Positions 27,823-42,644 of a stretch of DNA of 64,000 nucleotides are shown piece by piece. The notes beneath the pieces were generated by a model that did not search any database, was not told where the DNA came from, and saw nothing but the letters and a program-made list of their open reading frames with translations. This stretch comes from Rotaria socialis (taxonomy: Eukaryota). The stretch lies in the NCBI GenBank assembly GCA_905331295.1, contig CAJNYD010000015.1:1-64000 (forward strand), read 5' to 3'. Each line of letters starts with the position of its first letter. Position 1 is the stretch's first letter. A program made the position numbers and the translations under genes.

Positions 27823-29440
27823 AATGGTAGAAACTCCCGTGCAAATACAATCGTTCATCAAGATGTATGAATCTCTATTCGTTATGTTATAGCAATTTTT
27901 TTAAATTTATTTCCTATTTTCTTTTATTTCTATTGAATGTAAATGTCTATGCGTAGATTTTCTGAATTTTTAAATTAATAGCATTGAAATAGTGAGTCGT
28001 GAAATAAATTGTATATTGTTCAATCAAATTTTGGTCATAGTAAAATGTCAATAACTAAAATTCATAATCAATATAGTATTTTTTACAAGCAATGTTTATC
28101 TTCAAACGACAGATTTATTCAATAAATGCTGACGATATTAACGTAGTGATAATATGTCTTCTCGTTAGGAAAGAAAAAGACTTAATTGCTTAGATTTTCA
28201 TTAGCTTTGTAGCTATAAATACCTGTTTTTGGGATGTGTGAACAAATATTATATCTTTGCTTACAAATAGCGAAAAGCTTTGCAGTGACACGACACTTTT
28301 TGAAAATATTTTTTGAACTCAACAATCAAATTGATCAACCATCGCTTAGAACGATAAACTCATAAAATCGCTTTTCATTTTTCTGACCTGATAAAAGTAA
28401 AAACTAACTTCACGATCCGCATGAATGCCTACATCCTAATTAGTTTACGGTGTTCATGATTTAACCCTTGTTACAGTGAGGTTGCTTTTAATTATTTCCG
28501 GAATTTTTCGTTATCTCCTATTATCCACTATTCAAGAGAAACATTCATAGAGATACAAGTTGGATATCAACTGTTTGCATTCATCAACAGTTTGTAGTAC
28601 ACATACCTTATTTTATTACTTGTATATTTTACCTTATTTTGTATATTACATTCTCTTTGCTATCTCTCATTTCTATGCGAAATATATCCTATAAATAAGA
28701 AAAACACAATGTCATGAAATTTATGATAACTACATGCTAAGCAATTATTCAGTGTCATTTTGATAATATAATTTCGTATGAAAGTAGCTTGACGAAATTT
28801 GATTAGGATATTATTATCAATGTCAACTAAATAGAATAGTCTTAGGCGTCTTTCCTCGTCAGCATAGTGTTTAACACTCAGTAAATATAGCTTGATTTGT
28901 GAAAAAAACAAAATCGATTTGTAATCTATTAAACGATCCTTCCACGAGAAAAATTTGTATAGATTATAGATTTCAAAACTATCGATTACAGTTCTGACAA
29001 AACTCTGATATATTTTAGTATGTAAGAAATAAAACAAATTGGTAAATACAATATCATCGCATGCTATGTTATCGAAAATAATATTTTGGATATAATACGA
29101 ACGTGACACAGAAAAATCTCTACACAAAAATGACTCTTTTAGCTAATTCGTCCGTTCTAAATTGGCATGCATCTTTACAAATATAAAAAAGAAACAGTAA
29201 GCACTCATTATTCTGCGATGATTTTACTGATCGATGTGTTTGATTTTTCTTTTCTTTTATGAAATGCCTTGATTGAAATTTACTTTTGTCATGATAAATT
29301 CTAGATATTATCGAGAAATCAACTGTTAAATAAATACCTAAAAGTTTTGGAATGGTAAATCAATCAATTTAATTTAAGAAAAATCTGCTTGCCGAAGCTT
29401 ATCAAAAGGTCAGAGTTCGTCTTGATTATTGAAATAACAT

Positions 29441-29800
29441 ATTTTTGTCTACTCAAAAAGTGAGTACACTCCAGAATCAGTCAGTGTGTCCGACCGGCCG
29501 TAGGCACGATAACTTTCGAAAGCCTCATCCAATTACCATGAAATTTTGTACACAGAATGATCTCATCAATATCTCAGTCGAGTTCGAAGATGAGAAGGAC
29601 CCGTCAAGTGATGGCTGAGTTATCGAAAAAATTGTCATTTTTGACCAGACCATCCCTGAGGGGGTACAGGGATTTTTCAAAAAAAAACCTTTTCCCCAGA
29701 ATTATTCACAATTTCTAACGAAACATCGCCTGAAAAACGTCTCAAAATGCACAAAAACTGCATCCAAGAATCAAATTGCCTAGTTTCTCATGATAATTTT
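29441..29800. mobile_element. Possible non-autonomous transposon fragment (Helentron/DINE-1-like)
   Basis: Relatively GC-rich island starting in a T-run with a small hairpin tactca-aaaag-tgagta, followed by gtgtccgaccggccg..cacgataact..atgaaattttgtacacag, a layout reminiscent of HINE 5' ends. No matching 3' end found. Confidence 0.4.
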
Positions 29801-31510
29801 GGTGTTCAGACATTCTAGGATGATTCATATGTCCCATGTACTTTTTGCAGTACACATAACTCTCGGATGAAATACGAAGTTTCCACATTTTTCAGTACTT
29901 ATTTGATTATCAAATCATTATGCAGCTATATAGAGTGTAATGTTGAAAAATTGAATTATTAGTTAAAACTAAGAATTTGAAAAGAAAAAGATAAACAAAA
30001 ATGATAGATGCAATGGTAGAAAATGTATCTAACATATTTCTCATGTCAAGAAACAGCTGCAGTAATATGTTTTATTTTCATTGATCCAGAAATAGACGCG
30101 TTTTTCTTTTGTACAGCACTTTTTCTACATTTTTCAAAGTATGGATCTATGCAAAACAAACGATATTTGCTACGATTCAACTATTCCAATAGAGATAGCA
30201 TCTATCTTTAGTGCACTTTTTTAGATTGGACGTACATAAATGTATAACCAAGTGATTATTTACTACGTTAACATTATGAAACTTTGACAAGAGAAATTTG
30301 CTCATAACTCTGAATGTGTACAGCATACTGAATTAAATTGGTCAAATGAATTAGTTTTATTGAAGTTCACTTTCTGTTGAATCTACTATGACATGTCACA
30401 ATGACGATAATGAAAGATAAAAGCCAAAGATGCAGCAACTTCTGGTCTCAATAACGAAGCAGACATCAACACACTATTTAGAACCATACCATTAGAATAA
30501 TGGAAATGTCACAAGAAGATATAACCTAATATGAGAAAATGATCAAGCATCCACGACAAGCGACGAATGATTCTTATCTCAATTTAAAAGATTAATCGAA
30601 CCTATGATGATATGAATAAGACAATAGGAATAGTAGACGTACGGAGAATGACACAAAGATAGAATCTATCGACACTCATTTTTTATGGAAAGGCTGTTCA
30701 ACTTGTAGAAATTTTTTTCTATGATATAGTAAGTAACCGATATCTTGTAAGTTTCAACATTGATGCGTTTTAACCATTGTTTTATGAATGATACAACAAT
30801 GATTGGAATTCTTTCGATACAAAATAGTTATTTATAAAGATGACAATACAGTTTCTCAGGTACCATTGAAGCATCTTCAGCCATAATGACCTTACCCTTG
30901 TTATTGAAGAAGAAAAACAACTAGTCCTCTCACTAATGATTGTTCCTGTCCATCTTCTTTTTCTTCCGTTACTTTTCTTACAGAATATAGTATGTTCTGT
31001 TAGCTCTTTCTCGCTAAGAGAGAAGACGCTAGGTTTACATCTGTTGATTATTACTTTCTTTTCTTTTATGCTTCCATCGTCCGGGAACAGCATGGGACGA
31101 CATAGCATTGCTTATTTTTTTTATCTGGGTTCATCGTAGCATATTATCATAGAAGTTACTTCTTGTACAGCGAGCGAACAGAACAACTTCGCCAATAGTA
31201 GAAAATCAGGATAAGTATATCGTGAAACTCGAGTTGAGTCATTCGTAATCATTAACGAAATACCTCATTATTCTTTGTACTTATTTATTCACAATTCGAC
31301 GATTTTGATTTTTTTTCTTCTTTTCTAGACTTATTCACCAAATCAAACTAGGAACTCTGCATCATCATCTACTACTATCATCTCTATGTTGATTGTACCC
31401 AATAAGTTATCTTATTATTATTATTATTATTAATATTAATATTATTAGCACATAGGCAACAACTAATAATCGACTTAGAATAAATATTTTTGACCGTGTA
31501 AAATTCTATT

Positions 31511-32540
31511 ATGAAAAATAATCATCACGATAAAAGCGACATCATAACAAATACAGTAACAAATCCAACAGCGGAAGCAGCTGTCCAACGAAATATTCAA
31601 ATACTGCGTATAACGCTTGCTTTGACAATTCTCTCATTTATTACTTTTTCAATAATACTTACATCAAGTTACTGGGTGGTGCTTACGTATCCGCCTGATT
31701 TTTTTTTAAAAAGACACAATCTATATGTTGTTCGAGCTACTTATGGTCTCATTTGGGAATGTGTGGTCGGTAGACCAACACTAAATGCTGTATATGGTAC
31801 GTATTTATTATTGATATATCATCGTTACATTGTTGTCTCCAAGATTATCGTTATATCAAGGCTAAAACATATTGCTAACAGGCGTCATATGCTATTGAGA
31901 TAGAAAGCATGACATTCTTAATGTATATGATATTTCTAATTTTTTTTTCTTTTTATAGACAATAAATGTGATTATCATCAAAATCAAGTTTTTAATGAAT
32001 CTTCTTCAGCTGAGCAAACACTAATAGGTACGATTGATTTTCTTTATCGTTTTTGATAATCAACTTTATATTTATATATTGAATTATAGGAATGATTCGT
32101 ACAATGCTTTCATTTAGTGCCATTCATATTCTTTTACTAATAATCACATTTATTTGTGGTTTATATAGTATTCGTGAATATCGATATACATATAAAAGAT
32201 TAACAGGAATGATTTACATTGTTACTGGTAAAAACAAAATTTTAATGAAAAAACAAAATTTATTTTTGTTGTTCATTTTATAGCTGCTTCTCTTCTCGTT
32301 TGTATGGAAGCATTAAGTATTATATTTCGTCATGTTAGTGTACATTTACCAGATATGTATCCTCCTGGTACCACGCATTCATATAGTGTTTGTTTTGTTC
32401 TTTCTTGGTTAATTGTTATTCAATTAGTTGCTTCATCTTTTGTCTTTTTTATTTGTAGTAAAAAAAGAAAAGGTACATTTGATGAAGCAACAGAAGAAGA
32501 GGCTATGGCCAATTTAACTGTTGATCTTGGTCGTATTTAA
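31511..32540 (+). CDS. Claudin/PMP22-family tetraspan membrane protein, 4 exons
   Basis: TM1, then SSYWV...YGLIWEC...C (W-GLW-C-C signature), three further TM segments, HSYSVCFVLSW before TM4, and a basic juxtamembrane tail SKKRKG. Confidence 0.8.
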
Positions 32541-35500
32541 ATCATAAATTTTATTCCATTCACTACACAATTGCACTTGAAACATATTTCCTTTTCTCTT
32601 CTTTTTTCTCGTCATTGTTTCTTTTGTTCAATAATCCGTTTTTGTTTTTACTTCAATGACAACAATTGAGATTGTATTCACACCCCGCACATATTTTTTA
32701 ATTGTATATTTGTACGATTATTTCTTTTCAATCGAGAACAATCAAGCATTTAGTTTATCTTGCATAATTCTACATTCATCATTACCATAACATGTACATT
32801 TGAAACAAATTAAGGTAAACATATAAGAAACATAACTATCGGACCGAAAAATGAATATGATTATATCTCTGGCTTAAAATATTATTTAAGTTGTGCGCCA
32901 TAGAAATGCATGGAGTACAAAGTAGACACACCGATACAGAATGGCGCTAGTAAAAAGAGCATTCAATGTTTTCGATTCATTCTTTTAGTAGAATTTGCCA
33001 TAGACATCCTTTTGAAATACTAATCAATCTACAACTATCATGGAAGCAAAAATGGATAATCAATCTCCGGATGTGTATTGTTTTCTTTGTATTCACTAGT
33101 CGCAACTGATGTCACTACAATCTATATATGAATCATGTCATTCATAGAATCAAATAAATACAGATCGACATGTACCTAACTTACGATGGTACAATAGCTG
33201 TTATAGGTTTCTTGAATAATAATAAATTTCAAAAGATACGTTGTATTACATTAAAGAATGACTTTCAACTATGAAAAGATGATGGTAATTATAGTTTCTT
33301 CAGGGAATATAACATATCTTGCTTCTTGAATACATGAAAACAACAATAAGTGTAAAAAGGAAACTAACATCTCGTTATAATACTAGTATTCATAAGTATA
33401 CTCTGCCGTCAACCGACAATTTTTCCATTGAAGCTCGTCCACGATACAAGCCTCGATATTTACGTATGCATCTAAACTTCCTTGAAAGGAACTTTTTTTA
33501 CTGCATAATATCATTTATTAATTATGAAAAAGAAGAATGAGATTGTTTAAAAAAAAGCAATTGAGAAGACACCATTCATTTCAAAACTATTGAATCTATT
33601 CAGTTGCTCATGCAATGGTTCTTCTATCAACGAATCTTTAAATTAGCCTTTTCTAATTCTGAATATATTGTTACACAATAAGAAAATTAAAAGCAAACTT
33701 TATCAACATACTAACTAGCTTAACCTAGTTTATTACAAAGTATGAACATTGGGATGATAAAGAAGCATTCGCAACAATATATGATGACAGTATGTATCAG
33801 TAGTTAATCTGACTAATATAAATGAGGATAAAAAATACGTACACTCTAAAGTTTCAAATAGTATTTTATATCAGATCATTTTTCAATAACTTTTAAATGA
33901 CTGAATGTCGTTGGATGCTAACATTTACAGATTAGTGCATTACAAATTCAATTTTTGAAAGAAAATGAAGATAATTCACATCGTATCGGACCGTTACTTG
34001 ATGCCAAAGATATTGTTTGACAAATGAACATAAAGGGTTGCTAAATACTCTATGAAGAGTTCTAACAATTCTCTATCTGAATTTGATAGAAAATGATGGA
34101 CAGCGATTAGCATAGAGCTAGTTGTCCTTCCAAAGTATTAGAGATATGAATGAATTGTTTCTGTAGAAAATTTGTTTTTGATCTTTTAACTATTGCCTGA
34201 TCATTGATCAACGTGCGCCGATATCAAATACATAATAATGCTATTTTTTGGTATGGTAAAAATGTTTTTGGTTAGCATACTTAATCGATAAAAGAATGTT
34301 TAATCAAACAGAATAACTTGTTCCTACTAAAAATTCTAACTTGTATTTGTGTCACAAAGCCTATACATTGATATCATCTGTTGAGACTGATCTATTTGAT
34401 ACCTTGTACATAGATTATAATTTTAGATTTGTTGTAACCATTACTTTTCTATGAATGTTTCGTATTTACTTGTTAACTAATAACCATGAACTGAGACGAT
34501 GTTATTGTAAAATAATTATTTGCGTTGTGTTGGAGACTCTTTCTGAACAACAATAAACATTGGCTTTTCTTCTAGAATACACAACTCCCTCATTTTAAAT
34601 TCAAGTAATCGATATTGCAATGGTTTCGAAAATTAAAGATTTAAATATTTCAGAAAGTTACGCTTAATAAAATTCATGAAAGTAATGCTTTGCAATAAAT
34701 GCAACAAAAATAAGTCAAAGAACATAGTACTCATTAAATATTTGTTTTCAACAATTAATTTCGTTCTTTTCTATTACATCTTTTTACTTGTTGTGATACA
34801 ATAGCAGATAGATATTCATATTTTCATTCGTAAAGAATGAATTCAAGAAGAAAAAATGAAATAAAACTTGTTTGGTAGGATTGTTGATTTTATTTAACAT
34901 TGAACATATCAACAAAAGGTCAATAATGGCATTATGCATTATAAATATTTCTTACGGTATCAAGAAAAATAGATAACATATGGATTATATACATACTAGG
35001 AGGTGTTAATAGCTTGAAAATAAGTTAGATCATCAAACATCCTAATGTCTTTTTCTTGATTTGTTTTAAGTAATCCATTCATATTTATTTACGTTGTTAC
35101 GAATGGATTTTTTTTATAAAATAAAATCGATAGAATATAATGATATGTTGGATTCAACGGATAGGTTTTTTTGTCTTAAATGTCTAGTTTCATCGATTTA
35201 TCTTAAAAATCAAAGGTAAAACACATATTACATTAAGATTGAAGTCATAATCATTTGATGCAAAGCATATGTTCGCGAGACTCGTCGCGTATTGTATATA
35301 CAAATACTTAATTCGCTTCATGATATGATAGTAAGCTCAATGTTTAACATTAATCTTATTTTGCTCTGTATATTCAAAATGAAAATATGCTTAATACAAA
35401 AAAAAACACAGATACATAAAACTACAAATATTTATCTCAACGGAAAACAACTATTTGCTCTTAGCCTTTCCTTTTCTTTTCTCAAAATAGTTTAATCTCA

Positions 35501-38221
35501 TAGATATTAGAAAAAAATACTAATCATTACTACAGATTGTATGCTTAATTTTGTTTTATGACTACTATTTACTAGTATTTTCTTACGATTGAGATAACAA
35601 ATGATGTAATATGCTATAAAATAGCCATTTTCTCATTCTTTTGATCTTCTATCATGGTACGCCAAAGTGTTAATACGTAACTTTCTCTTCGTTTTTATTT
35701 CACTACTACTACTTAATCTGACCATGAAAGTAAATATTCTAGATAAAAATGAAAATTCCTCTTGACAGTTACATCCTAAAGTTCAACACTTAGAGCAATA
35801 TATATATATATAAATACGGAGAAGTGTAAAAGGTTAATTTGAAATGACTACTACTGATATAGTTCACAATATTGAACCACAGTAATTGATTAGGTTTCCC
35901 GTCAATTGAACAATAATATTATCTTGACGATCAATATCTGTATGGATGCACTTGTAATGATAACATCATTTTTTTAATAATACTAATAGTGATGAAGTTG
36001 TCGTTTTAATTTTTTTTAATTTATTTTTTTGTTTGGTTTCTATTATGACTTTGCATGCCGATTCATTTCCTTTTATTGATGGATTGCTTATTATAAGACA
36101 TACGTCTATGAACGAAAGAATGTAAACATCCTTTTAGTTATAATTATGATTATCTATTGCCAACGGCATGTAAGAGAGAGAGAGAGAGAGAGAAACAAGG
36201 TTCAGTGCAAGTAGCTATTTGTTGAATGGCAGCACAAGGCAAGAGAAAGAAATTCATGGCACTTTTACTTGAGAATGTGTATGTTATGTTGTATTCAATA
36301 GAAAGGTCTTCTTTTTTCTCCTGTTCAACATTAGCAGGTATCATTTCTTTCTTAGTTCTTTTAGTATTATCGATAAGTCCAGGAGATTTTTTTTTCTTCT
36401 GACTTCGTGTTCTTTTTTCTTTTTCTTCTTCTTGTTCGTGTATTCATCGTGTTGATTGACCATATGCATGATCTCTTTAGCTATCTTTTTCTCTCTACAA
36501 TGCACAAAATAGAAAAGACAATAGAAGGTGATCGATATTGATTATAAAACGGAACTTATTCGCATAAAATTTATTCTTCAAAATCATCAACATCCGCCTG
36601 ACTGCGTATGCATTTTCATTACGTAAACCTCTATTGACGATGATTGAACGACATAGTCGTCTGTCTGTTCTTTTTGAATGACGGTGTTACTAGTAAGTAG
36701 ATCGAACATATTAATTACACAGGTAAAGAAAGAGAATAATAACGATGATGAACACCAGGCAGGCAACGTGTATAGATGCCCTTCAGCATTCTTGGGAATT
36801 GCAAACAAATGTAGAGAAAAATGAAGAACATGGTTTATTGTTCAATATGTGCACATATGTGTTTGTACAAATCTTGGCAGGCTGGCTCCGCTCTCTTGCA
36901 ATCGACATAGGCAAGGCCAGGAAGTGCTATAAAATGATGATGGATTACTTGGCAACATACGTGCAAGCATTCTTTATCAGTTCATTGCTACTACACCAGG
37001 GTCAATCGATATGAGCCGACGACAGTAGGAATAATTTCTTTTACCTTAGTTATACGTATATCTCTAAAACTATACCTAACAAAACAAAACAATGATATTC
37101 TCTATCATTTAATTATTCAGCCGAGTACTCGTGCATTCTCTATCGATTTGTTATATAATATATATATATATATATACATATAATGACTCGACTATCAGCT
37201 TCGTGTTTACAACACTTTCTTTGTTATATTTCATCTATATCTCGTCACTGTTAAAGTAGAATGCTCATTTTTTTTACGTAACTTGAAGGTGTAGAATTGA
37301 GAAAATTCAATCGATCAAAATAATTACTGTAAAAATGACGAACACGTACAAACGCTGAAGGGACTCAAATGTCTGTTGATGATTTCATTGAAGAGACAAG
37401 TCTTTTTATTTTTATTTTCTTATAGTTCGTCGTTGATGGTGTATCATCAAAAAACGCTAGATAAAACAAATCAGAGAGACAGAGACAGAGCGAGACAGAA
37501 AAACGCCATCGCCTTCATTAAATACTTGCTTATACAACGACTTATTTTTGAGTTGTGTTGCATGGACGCTAAAGAAAAAAAATACAATAGACCTATAGAT
37601 GTTCACCGGTCTGTGCATGAATAGTTGCTATGCGCATATGGACTTATCGAACAAAAAATGATTGTTATAAACGTGTCACATTGATAGAAATTAATTCGTT
37701 TTCTTTCTTCTCTTTTTCCCTTTCTTTTTCTGTTATTTCTTTTCGCATATACTATTGAACTTACATACGCTCATAGGATGTCTTTGTAGATGGGAGTGTT
37801 ATAAACATATTTTGTTTTTAATGGCATGTTACATATATTAGGCTTGCAAATAAAGAACACTAAAGCTCGCCTTTGGCTAATCTGTTACTCTCTCTCTCTC
37901 TCTCTCTCTCTCATGCATATAGTATGTATACTATACACATTATGAGATGGATTGTCAAGGAACTTTTTTCCTTGTACAGATTGCCATGATGATGTGATTG
38001 TTGGTGTTATATGTGTGTGTGTGTGTGTGTGTCCTCTTTCTATATAATTCATAGTGGGACAATGTTGTTCGATTATCTTAATGTGTCCACTCATTTTATT
38101 GAGTTGTTCTCTTTCTTTCTTTGTCTCTTTTATATTATAGCTAGTTTACATAAACATTAAGTACTCTTACGACAATTATTACTCATATTGGCGATGGTTT
38201 TATAGAATTAATTGGTATACA

Positions 38222-39870
38222 ATGTACGATAATTCTAGTGAACCCTTTTATACGAATATTTCAACTCGTGCCTGTCGTCTACAACACAGCGGTTGGTCAC
38301 TAGAACGATCAAATGTTTTGAAGCAATCATCAGACGCATCTACTGAAACACTTTCCCCTTCATTTTGTTATCCTTATCCGCAAAGACCAAAACAAACGCT
38401 TCCACCAAATTATACAAATTATTATCCATCACCATCGTCATCACCAGCGCCTCACATATCTAATTATGAACGCCCGAAATCAACAATTCTATATGAATCG
38501 ACTCCAAAAAACAATTCAACATTTCATGTTAACGATCTTCGTCAAAGATATGAATCTAAAACTTTAGTAGGCATTGTCAAACCAATGGTCCATCAACGAT
38601 CGTACACTCAATTGAACAGTTCTAACAACGACAGTAAAGTTCCTGGCATGCCAATGAATAATGGATTTCATCACAATTCAACGCGTTCTTTATATCCACC
38701 ACCGATACCACAAACACTTTCTTCATCATCATTAACGTCACCTATTGCTTATCGAGCGCGTCCAACACCATCTCACAATAATACCAATGGTCAACCACCT
38801 ATGGCACCACGTCGATATTCATCAATCAGTATGAATAAACGTACATCATCTCATCGTTCATCAAGAACAACATCAACATCATCGTCGATCGTTGGTATTA
38901 ATGAACTTTCATCGGCCGTATCACCACACCAAAATGAACATCAAAATGGTGATACGACGATTGCTGTGGATGTTAAGCGCCTTGAAATGTTTTATAGTAG
39001 TGTTGGCACATTAGTTAAATCGGCTCGTTCAATAGCACGTCTCTATATAACAACAACACGACAGTTGGCTAATTTTGAAGATTGGTCGTGTCAGCAACTT
39101 GGTGTTCCTATTTGGATTTATAATACAGTTTGTATTCTCAGATTGCTCATAAAATGTTTTTAAGTTAATTAGTTAATTGCTTTGTTTTTCTTAATTTTAA
39201 GGGAGCTAATTTGAAACGAACAAGGCAAGTTCAATTAATACTTGCACAACATGAAAGTTGTTTTGCCGTATGGTCAAGTTTAATATCTGATCATGCCGAA
39301 TTACGTTTACCAAAAGATAACTATATAACATGTTGGCTACCAGAATCGAATATGCTGGCTGTATTTAAATTTGAACGAAATGACACATGTCGATTATTTT
39401 TCCGGCATTATTATGAAATATTAGAATATGAACGACGAATGAATTTAGCAAATCCACCACCATTACCAGCTGAAAGCAATGATTTACAACAAAACAACAA
39501 CAATAATAATAATAATAGCAATAATAAGGAAATTCCACGTCGTTATTCACGTTTGAAAACGATATCAAATAAACCAGATAAAGAACAACAACAACAACAA
39601 TTCGAATTACGTCGTTGTCGAAGTCTATCTAAAATTCGAACAGTTAAAAAATCGGATATATCAGGACCTATTAATTTCGAACATGTTAATCATATAAGTA
39701 ATGGTAGTAGTCAACCAAAACCACGACCATTATCAGGGTCAGTAACACTTCGTTCGTTACATGCTTCCATGTCGCACTTGCCTAATAGTGGTAGCATAAT
39801 GGAACGATTTTTTAATCAAAATAAAAAGCGTGCTTCGGCTTCATTTGAACCAAGAACAACAGCTGTTTAA
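38222..39870 (+). CDS. MESR3-like protein: Ser/Pro-rich N-terminus, WH1/EVH1-like domain, CRIB (Cdc42/Rac-binding) motif; 2 exons
   Basis: Intron at about 39128-39200 joins WSCQQLGVPIWIYNT to GANLKRTRQVQLILAQHESCFAVW. CRIB motif KKSDISGPINFEHVNHI. Confidence 0.7.
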
Positions 39871-39963
39871 TAAGTGATTCTTTGCTTGTCAAGTATCTTT
39901 TCTTTTGAACACGTCTTTAACTAAATGACAAGTCTTGTAAAACTTATTTTCGACTGTTTAGAA

Positions 39964-39995
<32 letters not shown>

Positions 39996-40626
39996 ATATA
40001 TATATAACATTATGCATATACTATTTCAATAAAATATATATATATGGATATATGTAAATCCTTGGGATTAAGAATTAACTATTGAGTATTTCATCTAGTG
40101 TAATGAGTTTCTTATCATTGATGAATATCATATTTGAATAAACGAAAGATTATTAAAATATGACAATCCTATAATAGGATTCTTCTTCTTCTGTTTGCCA
40201 GAAAGTTTTCATTTTTTTCATTGATCAATTTTTGTGGTTTAAAAAGCAATCTATTTCTGATTGAATTTTGAATATTCTTCAGTAGAAGAATTTCAAAATA
40301 AGGATGCAAAATACTTGTTTTTTTTATTTTTGTTTAAATTCTAATAAAACAAATAGATATTTGCATAATACTAAATTTGTAAGCAGTCAGATAATGAACT
40401 ACAAGTTTGACCATAACCTATATAAAATAGTACCGAACGAATTCATCAGAATATTACCAGCTCTTTTTTCAATAGGGCGATGTCAGATCTAGCTCACATT
40501 GCTTTATACGACTATGAAATAGATTCAGAAAGGATCATGTTGAAAATTATCTCTCTTGTTTTTTTTCACATATTTTTTGGAGTATACTTCATGAATAATT
40601 TTGTTAACCTCTCTTCCACAATCATA

Positions 40627-41309
40627 AACTAGATGGTATTCAAGTTTTACTCGAATACGAAATGCGATGCGAAGCTCGAATCGGATCTTCACGAAAAATC
40701 TACGATGCAGACAAAACTTGAACACTATTTATGTCGACATGATGAAATTCATCACTGAGAAAACTCCATTCTTACTTAGCGATACATTCTTAAGGATCGG
40801 CTTCGATTGATCGATTAATTATCTCCATGATTCATTATCTTAGATCAGCTGTAAATGAATAGACTATAGTGGATAACATATGTTCATGACGTCACTTTAA
40901 TTATCGCTTGATAAATTTCTTTCATTTTCGTCATTTTGGAACCACATTTCTGAGTGAGCGGAACTTTAGTTTAAAGATTCGAAAACAGATGTTCTCAGTT
41001 CGATCTTGATACTTCGATCTCACGTTTCAACGAGTTTTCTGCGATTTTCGGTTTTCGAGATCATCGCGTCACAAAATGACAAATTTGATGCGTACGCCTA
41101 GTTAAAAAGTATGAAAAACTAGATGGTATTCGAGTTTCACNTCAAGTAAAAAAGGAAAAAAAAAAAAACTCGCGACGGACTACAGAAATGCTTATGCTTC
41201 GCATCGCATTAAAAAACTCGCGACGCATTACATAAATGCTGTGCTTCGCACCGCATTAAAAAAACTCGCGACGGACTACATAAATGCTTCTGCTTCGCAT
41301 CGCATTAAA
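40627..41309 (-). mobile_element. Helentron-associated non-autonomous element (HINE/DINE-1-like)
   Basis: On the minus strand it starts TTTAATGCGATGCGAAGC and ends GCTTCGCATCGCATT, a hairpin (gtattcgag-taaaa-cttgaatac) and CATCTAGTT. 15-bp subterminal inverted repeats at 40661-40675 and 41292-41306; T-rich insertion site. Confidence 0.75.
41160..41309. repeat. Three tandem ~49-bp units (aaaaaactcgcgacggactacataaatgct..tgcttcgcatcgcatt)
   Basis: Directly visible. Each unit is a copy of the element's 5' terminus; an N lies nearby at 41141. Confidence 0.85.
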
Positions 41310-42644
41310 TACATGAATTTATCATAAGTTCGTCTAACTAGTAGTTCTAATGAGGTTGACAGACGTATCGGAGACTTAATTAATCGAGCGAATGTCTATC
41401 ATTGTTATTCAATAAGATAGAAATAGTCGCAGTTCTTTTGAAAGCATTGTGATTACATCCATATTTAGCATTTTTCTGATTGTTGATTTCATAGAAGAAA
41501 ACATTATTTTCTTAAAAACAAAACAACAGAATGCGTCTTGTACATACGAAAGATAATAGATAGTATGCTATTAAATAAGTAATCGCATGCAAATATCGAA
41601 GATGGCAATAAATAAATAATTTGAAAGGAATTTTGGCAATTTTTATCTTATTGATTAGCACGAATGGTCAGCTGTCTCAGGATTTTATTTATCAATCTTT
41701 CTGAAAGCTTTCACCAGAATTCGTATCGAATTCGAACTGATCATATAATTGATCCTAGTAGATGGGTCGTATATTGATGTAGTAGCGTAGTGATGCTGCT
41801 GAAAAATACGAGTATTTTTCTAACAATACGTTCTATCTCAATGAATGTTTAGTTTAGAGGTGTCATGTCAATGGAAAACAAAAAACGATAGCCTGTCTGA
41901 GATTATCATTTTGTGTATACTTGAGAACTATAGATGAAAATATTTCTTCTCTTTTTCTTTTTGCTGGTTTTCCATAAAATAAAAACAGAATTACACTATA
42001 TGTTCGCTTGAAAACAGACATAATTATGTCGCAGACGATGTAAGTCCTTGAATCTTTCACTAATACTTACAACAAGAACAACAATATGCCATCAGATGAA
42101 ATATGAGCAGGTCTTGTTGAAGTAATTCAATGATGAGCCTCTTAATGATATTGTACTTTTTGAAATATATAATTAATAAATATCAAAAATAAGGGAACAT
42201 AATTAATTAGTATTAAAGCAGCAATCTACATGTCATTTTTATCGTTGTCAAATTTTAAAACTAACTTATTTCTATGATTTTTAGTGTATTCGATGATCAT
42301 CAGAAATTGTTCGTAGCTTTTATTTCACAGTCAGACTCATCTTTCACTGAGACTATGAAACTGAAACGAAGAGCTTTATTATAAACAAAAATTATAATAG
42401 AGTTGATTTAAAGACTTTTCCAATAAGTACTTTTTTCGAAGGTACTCTTGAAAAGTGTAATTTATATATTGTCGAATTATGCCATCTGACAAACTTTCGC
42501 ATCTATAGGCAGACAATTGAATTCAATCAATTGTGACGCAAAAGAAATCTGTACGTTGTTGAGATCTATTACATAAAATTCACTGCACTCATTATCCATA
42601 GGGCTGATATGAATGAAAACATTTCAAATAGAAACCATTGTGAC

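Noticed and set aside
28660..29127. 155-aa minus-strand ORF
   Set aside because: Non-ATG start, composition typical of AT-rich noncoding DNA, no motif recognised.
41160..41309. CRISPR-like array
   Set aside because: The units are contiguous with no unique spacers, there are no cas genes and the context is eukaryotic. Better explained as transposon termini.
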